In this document: positions 1-8,699 of the stretch, one piece after another
How positions within the stretch are numbered: position 1 is the first letter of the stretch
How the letters are laid out: every line of letters begins with the position of its first letter
Virus record (IMG/VR): IMGVR_UViG_3300043353_000046
Location: 1-53,938 of that record
Strand: one strand, 5' to 3'
DNA: 53,938 nucleotides
From: a virus
Lineage: Duplodnaviria; Caudoviricetes
Made by a program: the position numbers and the translations under genes
Notes under the pieces: generated by a model
The model's database searches: none
Seen by the model: only the letters and a program-made list of their open reading frames with translations
What the model was told of the DNA's origin: nothing

Positions 1-184
1 CGACTGTGAGCATCATGAGTAGCGAGAGCGAACTTCGGAGTGTGGCGGATGCGATTGCCGAATGCCGGAAGCGTCTACAGGTGTCGGGCGCCCTCGACAG
101 CGAGACTGACCGGACGTTGAACTGGGCCTCCATGCAGACGCACTATATCGCGCATCAGTTGAGGGGGATGTGTGAAGTGCTGGT
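1..184. repeat. Terminal direct repeat / circular overlap, left copy
   Basis: 1-184 equals 53755-53938 except for two substitutions (positions 128 and 131). Confidence 0.95.
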
Positions 185-293
185 TGCAACACAGCCCGCG
201 ACGGCGGGCTCAAAGCTGGCGCGAGAAGTCGCGCAAGGGTTACTGGAGGACCAACGTCGGGAGGATGCGAAGAAGCAACGCCGGGAGGACTGA
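6..293 (+). CDS. Hypothetical helical protein
   Basis: 95-aa ORF; both differences between the terminal repeat copies are synonymous in this frame. Confidence 0.65.
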   Translation: MSIMSSESELRSVADAIAECRKRLQVSGALDSETDRTLNWASMQTHYIAHQLRGMCEVLVATQPATAGSKLAREVAQGLLEDQRREDAKKQRRED

Positions 294-422
294 ATGATTG
301 ACTGGCAGGCTGTGGAAAAGGGTGAGGCGTCGGTCACGCCTCACTACCGGAAGGTGGTGGTCCTTCCCATGCGTACGCTTGTGTGTGGACCCGTGATGGT
401 GTGCGTGCTGTTGCGAGGACTC

Positions 423-905
423 TTAGCGAATCCTCGACGCCAAGGCACCGATGATGCAGCCGGCCGCAATCTGGGATGGGAAGTGCCGCCATGCGAGGAA
501 GCGACCGAGGCCGGTAGCGCCAGCAAGGGGAATGGTGATGGATAGGCCAGGACCACCGAGGGTCGAGCAGGCGAGCGCCATATGACCAGACGGAAACCCG
601 CTCATCTCGCCATCGCTGCCACACTCATGCGTGGGCGTACATGGGCGAGCCATCGGGGCAGCCCACTTGATGAGGGCGACACCGCCCTGAGCAATGCCCA
701 GGCGAACACCCTGCAGGACGAAGGCGCGGGTGCGGTCGTCACTGCGGAAGCTTGCTAGGGTGTCCAGTCCTTCGAGTGTCAGCACCGTCACCCAGCTGGT
801 GATGTGGGCGGCTGTTCGCTCCTTCGGGGTGGGGAGGACCTGGGCGCCGGCTGATGTCGCGAGCCCGAACGCTAACACGAACGCCAAGATATTACGCCTC
901 ATCAA
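423..905 (-). CDS. PAP2-superfamily membrane phosphatase with signal peptide
   Basis: C1 KWAAPMARP, C2 FPSGH, C3 RFLAWRHFPSQ motifs; N-terminal Sec-like signal ending AGA-Q. Confidence 0.8.
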   Translation of the reverse strand: MMRRNILAFVLAFGLATSAGAQVLPTPKERTAAHITSWVTVLTLEGLDTLASFRSDDRTRAFVLQGVRLGIAQGGVALIKWAAPMARPCTPTHECGSDGEMSGFPSGHMALACSTLGGPGLSITIPLAGATGLGRFLAWRHFPSQIAAGCIIGALASRIR

Positions 906-1351
906 AGTCCGCCTCTTTCTAGATAGTCCGCCATCGCACGTAACATGGCTGGAGTAGTGTTTTCGGTCAAACCGACGTTGTGGTCACGACAGATAAGCCC
1001 TCGAATGTGACCCGTAGCGTGGTCGTGGTCGATGTGGAACTTCTCAGTACCCTCCAAAATGTGACATATGGCGCAACGATTGTTCTGTCGTGCGTACAGG
1101 TCTCGTAACTGAAGTACGCTCATTCCGTGGGAATGGGCGCGTGTGCGCTCTCGGTTCAACTCCCGGTTGGCGTCTCGCCAGCGTCTAGTAGCCACCGTCG
1201 CTCTGGCAATGATCTTTCTACGGTTGCGAAGGTAGTTGGCCCGGTCTAGCTCTTTGGCGCGACTAGGGTTCTTTCGTCGCCACTCTCTTGTTTTCCAGGC
1301 GTTATATTTAAGGCTTTTCTTGTCGACGGGGGGTATAGCTAGATGCTCCAA
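902..1351 (-). CDS. Endonuclease VII-family HNH (probable homing endonuclease)
   Basis: CAIC...HIDHDHATGHIRGLICRDHN; basic N-terminus; lower GC than flanks. Confidence 0.85.
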   Translation of the reverse strand: MEHLAIPPVDKKSLKYNAWKTREWRRKNPSRAKELDRANYLRNRRKIIARATVATRRWRDANRELNRERTRAHSHGMSVLQLRDLYARQNNRCAICHILEGTEKFHIDHDHATGHIRGLICRDHNVGLTENTTPAMLRAMADYLERGGL

Positions 1352-1736
1352 AGATACGAACTCCTATATACATAATGGTGCGAGTAAACCAGCCGACGCC
1401 TAGAAAGGTCATTGCCTCTAAGAAAATTGCATCCGCCTCGGCGCGAGTAATTGGTAACGTGGCTGTGCGGTAAATTGCGTCATGAATTACCGCGGCCTTG
1501 CCGTAGCTGCCGCAGGGAGGCAGGATGTTCCAGAAGAGTTGAGGCACGGACGCGAAGTCCGTTTCAAACCCTGCTGGCACGTCAATCCGATAGTCGCCCT
1601 GACCGAAGTCCCGATGGAACAACAGACCCGGAGCGAGAGGGACATCGGTGTCGTAATGGAAGGCGTTCAGCACCATCCAGTGCTTCCGCCCATCCATGTA
1701 GCGGAGGTCGAGCGCATCTTCGAACCGTACGCTCAT
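1308..1736 (-). CDS. DUF1353-family protein
   Basis: VPAGFETDFASVP, AAVIHDAIY, RAEADAIFLEAM, GVRIFG motifs. Confidence 0.85.
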   Translation of the reverse strand: MSVRFEDALDLRYMDGRKHWMVLNAFHYDTDVPLAPGLLFHRDFGQGDYRIDVPAGFETDFASVPQLFWNILPPCGSYGKAAVIHDAIYRTATLPITRAEADAIFLEAMTFLGVGWFTRTIMYIGVRIFGASSYTPRRQEKP

Positions 1737-1936
1737 GACGGCCTCGCCACACTCACCCGTGCGTCCTTGTAGTTCAGGTGCGGCCGCTCATTGAATGGAC
1801 GACTGGGACCGATGTGGTCGAGGAATCCACCTCGAAGCAGGATGGCGTCCTTGAATGCTTCGAACACGTCGGTGCTCACGAAGATTTCACGCTCGCCCGC
1901 GTTGTAACGGTTGACGATTTCCGCAGGTACGTTCAT
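1733..1936 (-). CDS. Hypothetical protein
   Basis: ATGA-type overlaps with both neighbours in the leftward operon. Confidence 0.6.
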   Translation of the reverse strand: MNVPAEIVNRYNAGEREIFVSTDVFEAFKDAILLRGGFLDHIGPSRPFNERPHLNYKDARVSVARPS

Positions 1937-2172
1937 CGCTTGAGGACCTGACTGTCAGAAAGCGTCTGGCTGGCTGACCCCGCCAATGGCGAGGCTACCG
2001 CCTCGCTCAGAACAGGTGCTGGGCCGACGACATCACCGAGGCCTGCCGCAGTCGACGGAGCAATATGCTCGATGAGCCCGTGGAGAACTGCAGCAGCCAA
2101 GCGCTCGACCACTTGAGGGTTCGACGTCAGATACTGTTTGATGAGGGCGGCGAAGACGGTCTTGGCAAACAT
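1933..2172 (-). CDS. Hypothetical protein
   Basis: AGGAG RBS; operon-coupled. Confidence 0.6.
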   Translation of the reverse strand: MFAKTVFAALIKQYLTSNPQVVERLAAAVLHGLIEHIAPSTAAGLGDVVGPAPVLSEAVASPLAGSASQTLSDSQVLKR

Positions 2173-2180
2173 AGAAGCTC

Positions 2181-2483
2181 CTATCGCTGTTGGGGGTGAA
2201 ACTCGTTCAGGATTCCTGTCGGAGGCGGCGGCAGCATCTCTCGATAGAGAACGTAGCGGGAAGTCAACTTGACCAGCGACATCGGACCAAAGTGATCGAT
2301 CAAATGAGCCTTGTCCACATAAGTGGGCAACTGTGTACCCACTTTAGGTGACACTGGGTCTGGAACCATGTCAGACACCCGACCGATGATCCGGTAGATG
2401 CCCGCGAAACGGCCCTGCGTGACCTGCTGGACGACCCGACGCTCAGGCTGACCAATCGTGAGGGTCTCTTCAGAGGTAAGCAA
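2181..2483 (-). CDS. Hypothetical protein
   Basis: GGAGG RBS before TTG; operon-coupled. Confidence 0.6.
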   Translation of the reverse strand: MLTSEETLTIGQPERRVVQQVTQGRFAGIYRIIGRVSDMVPDPVSPKVGTQLPTYVDKAHLIDHFGPMSLVKLTSRYVLYREMLPPPPTGILNEFHPQQR

Positions 2484-2778
2484 GGGACGCCTCCAGGAGG
2501 TTCACGAGCGCCTTCTGGGCGTGTAGAGGCATGGAGCGGCTGAAGCGAGTGGAGCGAGACAGCTCCAGGCACTGTTCGCTCCGAAGCCGGTATTCATGAG
2601 CGCGTTCAGCCAGCTTCTGCGCGAGAGCCGCGATGGTCTGTTCCGCCTTGTGCATGACCTTGGCCTTCCCATCTTGGGTGGCTTCAGCTACGAACTTCTG
2701 AATGGCGCTGTCGCAACAATGGACGCACCCGCACTGCGACGAGTGAGGTACGAAGTCATCGTCCATGTGAATGCTCAC
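2470..2778 (-). CDS. Hypothetical protein with N-terminal HxxxCxCxxCC motif
   Basis: Operon-coupled; Cys cluster followed by coiled coil. Confidence 0.6.
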   Translation of the reverse strand: MSIHMDDDFVPHSSQCGCVHCCDSAIQKFVAEATQDGKAKVMHKAEQTIAALAQKLAERAHEYRLRSEQCLELSRSTRFSRSMPLHAQKALVNLLEASLAYL

Positions 2779-3053
2779 TGAACACCCGCCACTCTCGGAC
2801 CCATTGGCTTGACCGGCACCTTCTTGACCCGACTCTTCTGCGTGTACCCAATGAGCGTGCGGCCAATGTAGATGACCGTGCGTTCATTCAGGTGAGCCTC
2901 AGTGACGATGAAGCAGGGAAGACCGCCCTCGGTTGTGAGGTCACAGGAGTCCACACCGTCCTCTAATGTGAACGCTCGGGTGCCGCCAATGGTGGCAAAC
3001 TCCCAGTCGGTGACGTGGGTTTCAGTGAAGGCGGGCTCAGACTTGAGTTCCAA
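2775..3053 (-). CDS. Hypothetical protein (start trimmed to TTG at 3053)
   Basis: GGAGG RBS before TTG; the longer ORF would run through the tRNA-like element. Confidence 0.6.
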   Translation of the reverse strand: MELKSEPAFTETHVTDWEFATIGGTRAFTLEDGVDSCDLTTEGGLPCFIVTEAHLNERTVIYIGRTLIGYTQKSRVKKVPVKPMGPRVAGVQ

Positions 3054-3081
3054 GGAATCCTCCGATTCATTGAGTAGAAAC

Positions 3082-3155
3082 CCCCTCGGACTGGAGTCGA
3101 ACCAGTATCTTCGGTCGTTGTCGAGCGGGGCTCTACCGCATTGAGCTACCGAGGG
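3082..3155 (-). ncRNA. tRNA-like RNA with intact acceptor, D and T arms but non-canonical anticodon arm; no encoded CCA
   Basis: CCCTCGG/CCGAGGG acceptor; T8A9; GCTC-AATGCGGTA-GAGC D arm; ACTGG-TTCGACT-CCAGT T arm. Confidence 0.8.
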
Positions 3156-3189
3156 TATACAGGGGTACACGCAACTCACATGCCAACTC

Positions 3190-3198
3190 TGGTACACT
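3190..3198 (+). promoter_or_regulatory. Extended -10 promoter for the packaging operon
   Basis: TG-G-TACACT upstream of the GGAGGAG RBS of terS. Confidence 0.45.
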
Positions 3199-3225
3199 TA
3201 GTAGGCGGGTGGAGGAGCCCTCACT

Positions 3226-3720
3226 ATGCCCGGAGCACGTCCCAGCAAGTTCACCAAAGACCCAGATTCCCCAGCGACCCCCAAGGACCCCAAGGCTCCC
3301 ACCCGCGTATTCAAGCGCATGGGTCCGGTCAGCGAGGTCGAGGTGGGGTTCATCCGCCAGTTCCTGCAGGACCAGCCGAGGGAGATTACGCCGGCCCAGA
3401 CGACCGCACTCTCGAAAGTGATGCGTCGCTCGAAGGAGGTCGTGAAGGACATCATCGAGCAAGCCCGAGAGGAATTTCAGGGCTCAGCGCTCGACTACGT
3501 CCGCATCCACAAGGAGTCGACCATCTCCGCCTTCGAACGCGGGGACAACGAGGTCGCTATCAAGAGTGCCCAATGGGCTATCGCGAATATGAGCCAAGAG
3601 GGGACTCGGGTGGTCGAGAAGGTGGCTGCTGAAGGTGGCGGCGGAGTCAAAATCATGATTGGTGTCCAGATGGGTGGGATTGATAAGCCCAAGGGACCCG
3701 TAGTCACGGAAATCAAGTAA
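3226..3720 (+). CDS. terS: Terminase small subunit (putative)
   Basis: Directly upstream of and overlapping terL; helical body with beta-strand C-terminal tail. Confidence 0.6.
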   Translation: MPGARPSKFTKDPDSPATPKDPKAPTRVFKRMGPVSEVEVGFIRQFLQDQPREITPAQTTALSKVMRRSKEVVKDIIEQAREEFQGSALDYVRIHKESTISAFERGDNEVAIKSAQWAIANMSQEGTRVVEKVAAEGGGGVKIMIGVQMGGIDKPKGPVVTEIK

Positions 3721-5543
3721 TGCCGTTCCAGAAGGGGCATAAACTCTCTCCCAAGAGACGTAAACCTCTCGACCCCCCAGTCCTCCCACCGGAACCTGCC
3801 ATAGAGGCGGGGGCGGTGGTCCTCCCACAGGGGGTAGTCTTAACTACCCCTGGGAACGGACCCCTCCCCCCTGGCACATCAAATCAGTCAAATCATTCAG
3901 CAAATAGTGCTGAAAATGGGTCTGAGGGGGTATCAGAAAATTCAGGAGGGGTCCCCCTGACAGAATTGCCCTTGGTTGCACAGAACGGCTTCCATCCGTG
4001 CAGCAAATGTACGAAGCGGAGAGCCAAAGCCGGTCTGCCACCGAACATTTGCTATGACTGCGACCTCTGTAGTGAGTGTTTTGCGGTCTCAGTCGTAGTT
4101 ACCAGCGAGGACGGCAAGCGCCGGGCGCCCTATACGCCCCAGCCGCACCAAATAGCGGCCCACGCGTGTGACGCACCCAACCTGCTCTGTCTGGGCACAC
4201 GGGGTACCGGCAAATCAAAGTGGCTGCGGTGGGACGCCATCATCCGCTGCATGATGATTCCCAACTTCCGGGCGCTCATCATCCGCAGGACCATGCCCGA
4301 GCTGCGGAAGTCCCACCTCTCGATGATTGAGTTCGAGATGAAGCAGCTGGGCGGGACCTTCCTGAAGACGACCTTCCAGGCTGTGTTTCCGAATGGCAGC
4401 ACCATCACCTTCGCGCACTGTGAGACCGAAGCGGACATTCTGAACTTCCTGTCGAGCGAGTACGGGTTCATCGGCTTTGACGAGCTGTCGACGTTCACGC
4501 TGAATCAGTTCCTGCAGATAAGTGCCGCAGCCCGAGCGCCAGAGGGTGAGGGCTATGACGCGGTCGTGCGCTGCGGGTCAAATCCGCTGGGTATTGGCTC
4601 GCTGTGGATGAAAGCGTGGTTCGTCGACCATCAGGTGAGGTTCGAGGACTACCCGGACTACCTGCCTGATGAGTTCGTCATGCAGTTCAGCACACTCGAC
4701 GACAACGAGTATCTGGACAAGAAGAAGTACGAGAGCCGGCTGAAGAATCTCCCCGACCATGTGCGGCGGGCGTGGTTGAAAGGCGAGTTCGTCTCTGAGG
4801 GCACGTACTTCGAGGACTTCTTCCCGACCATGCTGGTGGGTGAGACTGACGAAGAGGAAGTTGAACTCCCGTGGCATGTCATCGACGACGTCCCCCGCTG
4901 GCAGGGGATGCCTATTTTCGAACTGAGCTGGCTGTCCATCTACCGCGCCATCGACTGGGGCTACAGCCCAGACCCAGCGGTCTGCTTGTGGATTGCGGTG
5001 CTGCCGAACAAGTCAGCCATCGTGTTCAAGGAGATGACCTGGAAGAAGACGCTCGCAGAGGTGGTCGCCCGAGACATCAAGAAAGCCAGCGAGGGCATGC
5101 GGATTGTCGAGACCTTCGCGGACAAAACCATGTTCATCGAGACGGGGGCGGCGCAATACACGATTGCCGACAAGTTCGAGTCGAATGGGGTGCCACTGAC
5201 GCCCATGCTCAATGACCGCGAGATGTTTGGATATTCCATCAACGAGTTCCTGACTGAGAAGGTCGACTGGGGCATGGAGGACAAGCATATCTATCGACCG
5301 AAGCTCCAGATTGTGAAGGCTGAGGGCAAGACCCGCTATGGGTGCAAGGAACTCCTCCGCACCCTCCCGCACCAACAGCGTGACAAGCTGAACCCGGCGA
5401 AACTCGCAGACGGTGAGGACCACTGGACGGTGGCGCTCGCCTACTTCTGCATGGGTATGGCGCCCGCGAGCAAACCATCCGCTGAGACCGAAGTGAAGCC
5501 GTGGATGCGACCGAAGCAGCGACGACGGAACCTCGCAGCATAA
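3720..5543 (+). CDS. terL: Terminase large subunit
   Basis: PQPHQ, Walker A GTRGTGKS, Walker B IGFDEL, GSNP coupling motif, RNaseH AIDWG. Confidence 0.92.
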   Translation: MPFQKGHKLSPKRRKPLDPPVLPPEPAIEAGAVVLPQGVVLTTPGNGPLPPGTSNQSNHSANSAENGSEGVSENSGGVPLTELPLVAQNGFHPCSKCTKRRAKAGLPPNICYDCDLCSECFAVSVVVTSEDGKRRAPYTPQPHQIAAHACDAPNLLCLGTRGTGKSKWLRWDAIIRCMMIPNFRALIIRRTMPELRKSHLSMIEFEMKQLGGTFLKTTFQAVFPNGSTITFAHCETEADILNFLSSEYGFIGFDELSTFTLNQFLQISAAARAPEGEGYDAVVRCGSNPLGIGSLWMKAWFVDHQVRFEDYPDYLPDEFVMQFSTLDDNEYLDKKKYESRLKNLPDHVRRAWLKGEFVSEGTYFEDFFPTMLVGETDEEEVELPWHVIDDVPRWQGMPIFELSWLSIYRAIDWGYSPDPAVCLWIAVLPNKSAIVFKEMTWKKTLAEVVARDIKKASEGMRIVETFADKTMFIETGAAQYTIADKFESNGVPLTPMLNDREMFGYSINEFLTEKVDWGMEDKHIYRPKLQIVKAEGKTRYGCKELLRTLPHQQRDKLNPAKLADGEDHWTVALAYFCMGMAPASKPSAETEVKPWMRPKQRRRNLAA

Positions 5544-5573
5544 AGCATTCCGTGGGTACCGGGTACCTGAATG

Positions 5574-5582
5574 TGGTACGAT
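5574..5582 (+). promoter_or_regulatory. Extended -10 promoter upstream of portal
   Basis: TG-G-TACGAT preceded by tandem GGGTACC. Confidence 0.45.
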
Positions 5583-5595
5583 TGAAAGGACTTAT

Positions 5596-7773
5596 ATGGC
5601 AAACGAACTTGCAGCGGCGGGCGAGGTAGGCGAGGCAGAGGACGCAGGCACGGAGTCTGCAGCCGCAACCACAGCGCCAGAAGCGGGCGCGGTAGACGAC
5701 AAGGCCATCTCTGACCAACTCATGGCCGAGGTGCTGGCCTGGGAGAAAGTCCGCAAGCAGAAATCGGTCGACTGGAAGATTAACGTCGAACGCCGGCTGG
5801 GCACACCGGGCGCAAATGTCTATACCGGCGGGCTCGCGGTCGACGCGACCAGCGCGGATGGTCAGTCGACCATCAACCCGGACTGGTATCTCACCAAGAC
5901 CAAGACCGCCAACCTGTTCAGTATCGTGCCCGAAGTGCAGCTCACCCCTGCGCAAGAGAAGTATGGCCCGGCCATCTACCCCTTTCAGAAAGCCCTCAAC
6001 TTCGAGCTGAGTGACAAGCGAGCCGACATCGGGGTACCAGTGGATGAGGTGCTGAATGACGTCGTCAATGCGTCAGGCATTGGCGCGGTCATGGTGGGGT
6101 ACACGGCACGCTTCGAAACCACCAAGGTAGCGGTCGAGGAGTCGATTACCGCCCCGAGCGGAGCGACAGCGGCGACCAAGGACATGACGCTGGAGCAGCT
6201 GCAGCAGCTCGAAGCGGCTGGACTGGTTCACCTGAAGGACGCGCAGAAAGTCATCAGCTACAAATTCTTCATCAACAGGATTTCGCCGATTCATCTGCTC
6301 GTGCCGGCTGGGTTCACCGGCTCGCTGTATGACAACGCCGACTGGGTGGGGTTCGAGGGCGAATACTCGTGGGCGGATGCGCAAGCGAATCTCAAGCTGA
6401 CCGAGGCGCAGAGGTCTCAGGTGCTCGGGAACAACACCCCAGAGACCAGCAGCCAGTCGCTGAGGGGCGCGCAGGACCAGCAAGCCGCGAACACGACCCC
6501 CGTGGTCCGCTACAAGGAACTCTACTACTGGCGGGCGCGTCAGAACGCCAATGAGCTGAACCTACAGGCCATCTGGAAGGTCGTGTTTGTGGCTGGGCTT
6601 ACCGAGCCGGTCATTCACGAAGCCTGGAAGGGCCAGCAGACCGACCCGATGACCCACAAGATGGTCGGATGCACCAAATTCCCGGTGCGGGTGCTGACGC
6701 TCACGTACATCACGGACAATGCGGTCCCGCCGTCAGATAGTCAGGCCGGCAGACCGCAGGTTGATGACATGAGGCGTTCGCGTGGCCAGATGTTCATGAA
6801 CCGGGAGCGCTCGATTCCGATTCGCTGGTTTGACGTGAACCGCATCGACACCACAGTTGCAGACACTCTCATGCGCGGCACTTGGCAGGGGATGATTCCG
6901 ACCAACGGAGACGGCGCGCGCTCCATCGGGGAGATTGCGCGAGCGTCGTATCCCGCTGAGGACATGAGCTTCGACCGCAAGGCGGAAGAAGACCTGCGGG
7001 CGACGTGGCAGATTGGTCCGAACCAAGGCGGCACAGCAGCCTCGGGCGACCAAACAGCAGCAGCAGCAAACATCACGCAGCAAGGCTTCCAGACCGTGAT
7101 GGGCCAGGAGCAGAACAAGGTGCGAAGGTTCTTCCTCAGCATCGTGGAAGTGCTCGCCGGCTGGATGGCCCTCTACTCGGACTTCCCGTCACTCGCGGAC
7201 GACGAACGTCAGGCGATGATGCAAGCGTGGGACGACAAACAGGTCCTCCATGACTTGGTGTTCAAGATTCGGCCGGGCTCGCAGATTGTGCAGAGTGCGG
7301 AGGACCGCATCAAGCAGCTGTCGTCCACACTGAATCTGACGGTGCAGAGTGGGTTCGTGAATCCCGAACCGCTCATCATCGAGATTATGGAGCTGTCGAA
7401 CCTGGACCCGCAGAAGGTCATGGTCAAGCCGACACCGAAGAATCCCGACCTGCCGAATCTGAGCTTCCGGTTTACGGGCAAGGACGACATGCAGAACAGT
7501 GCCGTGGTGGCGCTGTTAGCCAAGGCCGGTCTGCTCCCAAGTCTCGATGAGGTCAAGAAGGCCCAGGAGTTCCTGCTGGCGGCCTCTCAACCTCCTGCTC
7601 CTGCCCAGCCGGGTATGTCGGCTGACGCGGCTCCTGCCGGTGCTCCTGACGGTGTTCCTCCCACTCCAGGGGCGCCGGCCAATGGAGTGAGCGTGACGCC
7701 ACAGGGTGGGTTGAGCGCGCACCCGGACTGGCATCTGACGGACAAGGTGGCAAAGCGCGGACGCGATATCTAA
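5596..7773 (+). CDS. Portal protein
   Basis: 725 aa directly after terL; P22/podovirus-like size; Pro-rich C-terminal tail. Confidence 0.8.
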   Translation: MANELAAAGEVGEAEDAGTESAAATTAPEAGAVDDKAISDQLMAEVLAWEKVRKQKSVDWKINVERRLGTPGANVYTGGLAVDATSADGQSTINPDWYLTKTKTANLFSIVPEVQLTPAQEKYGPAIYPFQKALNFELSDKRADIGVPVDEVLNDVVNASGIGAVMVGYTARFETTKVAVEESITAPSGATAATKDMTLEQLQQLEAAGLVHLKDAQKVISYKFFINRISPIHLLVPAGFTGSLYDNADWVGFEGEYSWADAQANLKLTEAQRSQVLGNNTPETSSQSLRGAQDQQAANTTPVVRYKELYYWRARQNANELNLQAIWKVVFVAGLTEPVIHEAWKGQQTDPMTHKMVGCTKFPVRVLTLTYITDNAVPPSDSQAGRPQVDDMRRSRGQMFMNRERSIPIRWFDVNRIDTTVADTLMRGTWQGMIPTNGDGARSIGEIARASYPAEDMSFDRKAEEDLRATWQIGPNQGGTAASGDQTAAAANITQQGFQTVMGQEQNKVRRFFLSIVEVLAGWMALYSDFPSLADDERQAMMQAWDDKQVLHDLVFKIRPGSQIVQSAEDRIKQLSSTLNLTVQSGFVNPEPLIIEIMELSNLDPQKVMVKPTPKNPDLPNLSFRFTGKDDMQNSAVVALLAKAGLLPSLDEVKKAQEFLLAASQPPAPAQPGMSADAAPAGAPDGVPPTPGAPANGVSVTPQGGLSAHPDWHLTDKVAKRGRDI

Positions 7774-7798
7774 CTCGACATCCTTCGGAGGAGGGACC

Positions 7799-8158
7799 AT
7801 GAGAAACATCGACCTGAAGTGCCCGACGTGTGGGCATATTGTCCTCGACCACTTCCAACGCGCCAGCAGCGAGCCGCTTCCGTACTGTCGGGAGCGCACG
7901 ATGGACCCGCTAGTCCTCTGCGGCGCCCTCTATGAGCGCGTCTATCTGCCGACCAAGCGCAACACCGTCATCAGCGACGAGTGCGACATCGTAGTCCACC
8001 ACGGCATCTGCAACGAGGACGGCACACCTCGGCGCTATCGCTTCAAATCGGAGATGCGAGCAGAAGCTGCGCGCCGGGGACTCGAAAACCATGTCGTGCA
8101 TGACCCTGCGAGCCGAGGCAGCAGTGAAAACCGTGGTGTCACGAGTCGGTGGGTCTAG
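7799..8158 (+). CDS. Zinc-ribbon (FmdB-like) protein
   Basis: DLKCPTCGH...C...CG motif; typical post-portal position. Confidence 0.7.
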   Translation: MRNIDLKCPTCGHIVLDHFQRASSEPLPYCRERTMDPLVLCGALYERVYLPTKRNTVISDECDIVVHHGICNEDGTPRRYRFKSEMRAEAARRGLENHVVHDPASRGSSENRGVTSRWV

Positions 8159-8509
8159 GTGGAGCTGCTGGCGACCCTGGTGTATTTGCTGCTGGGGGCG
8201 TTGTCTGTCTTTTGTGCGTGGGGACTGGCGCTCCTCGCATGGGTCGGGCTCACCAGGACTTCTCGCTCAAACTGCTTCCTCTATGCGGTGACGCAATACG
8301 CCAGACAGGGCGGAGGCATTGTAGTCGTCCCCTCTCGCTTCGGCTGGTGGCCGCATTTCATGTGGAGTCCTGACGGGATTCTCTTCTACGAGTTCAATCC
8401 GACATGGGACAAGAAGCGCTGGCGGTTTCGGATTCCACCCATCCTGTTCACGGGGACGGTCAGGCAAACAGACTTGACCCGCTATCTGAAAGTCATCGGG
8501 AGATTCTAA
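8159..8509 (+). CDS. Hypothetical membrane-anchored protein
   Basis: N-terminal hydrophobic helix; SNC and WPHF motifs. Confidence 0.6.
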   Translation: MELLATLVYLLLGALSVFCAWGLALLAWVGLTRTSRSNCFLYAVTQYARQGGGIVVVPSRFGWWPHFMWSPDGILFYEFNPTWDKKRWRFRIPPILFTGTVRQTDLTRYLKVIGRF

Positions 8510-8652
8510 TGGGGCTGCACTTCACGTTCGGTCGGGACTGCGATATCGCCAAGCTCCACGCGTGGATTACACGATTCACACTCACCACACTTCGCTGCCG
8601 AGGCTTCTTCATCGGCAACACCTTCATCGGCATCGTGCGCGCACGTAAGTAA
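8509..8652 (+). CDS. Small hypothetical protein
   Basis: TAATG overlap with the upstream gene. Confidence 0.45.
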   Translation: MGLHFTFGRDCDIAKLHAWITRFTLTTLRCRGFFIGNTFIGIVRARK

Positions 8653-8699
8653 ACCGGAGGACCTCTCGTCCTCTCCTAACGTCATCAGGAGATACTCAC

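Noticed and set aside
294-545. 83-aa plus-strand ORF
   Set aside because: It overlaps the convergent PAP2 gene by about 120 bp and has no motif; it may be real at its 5' end but is unsupported
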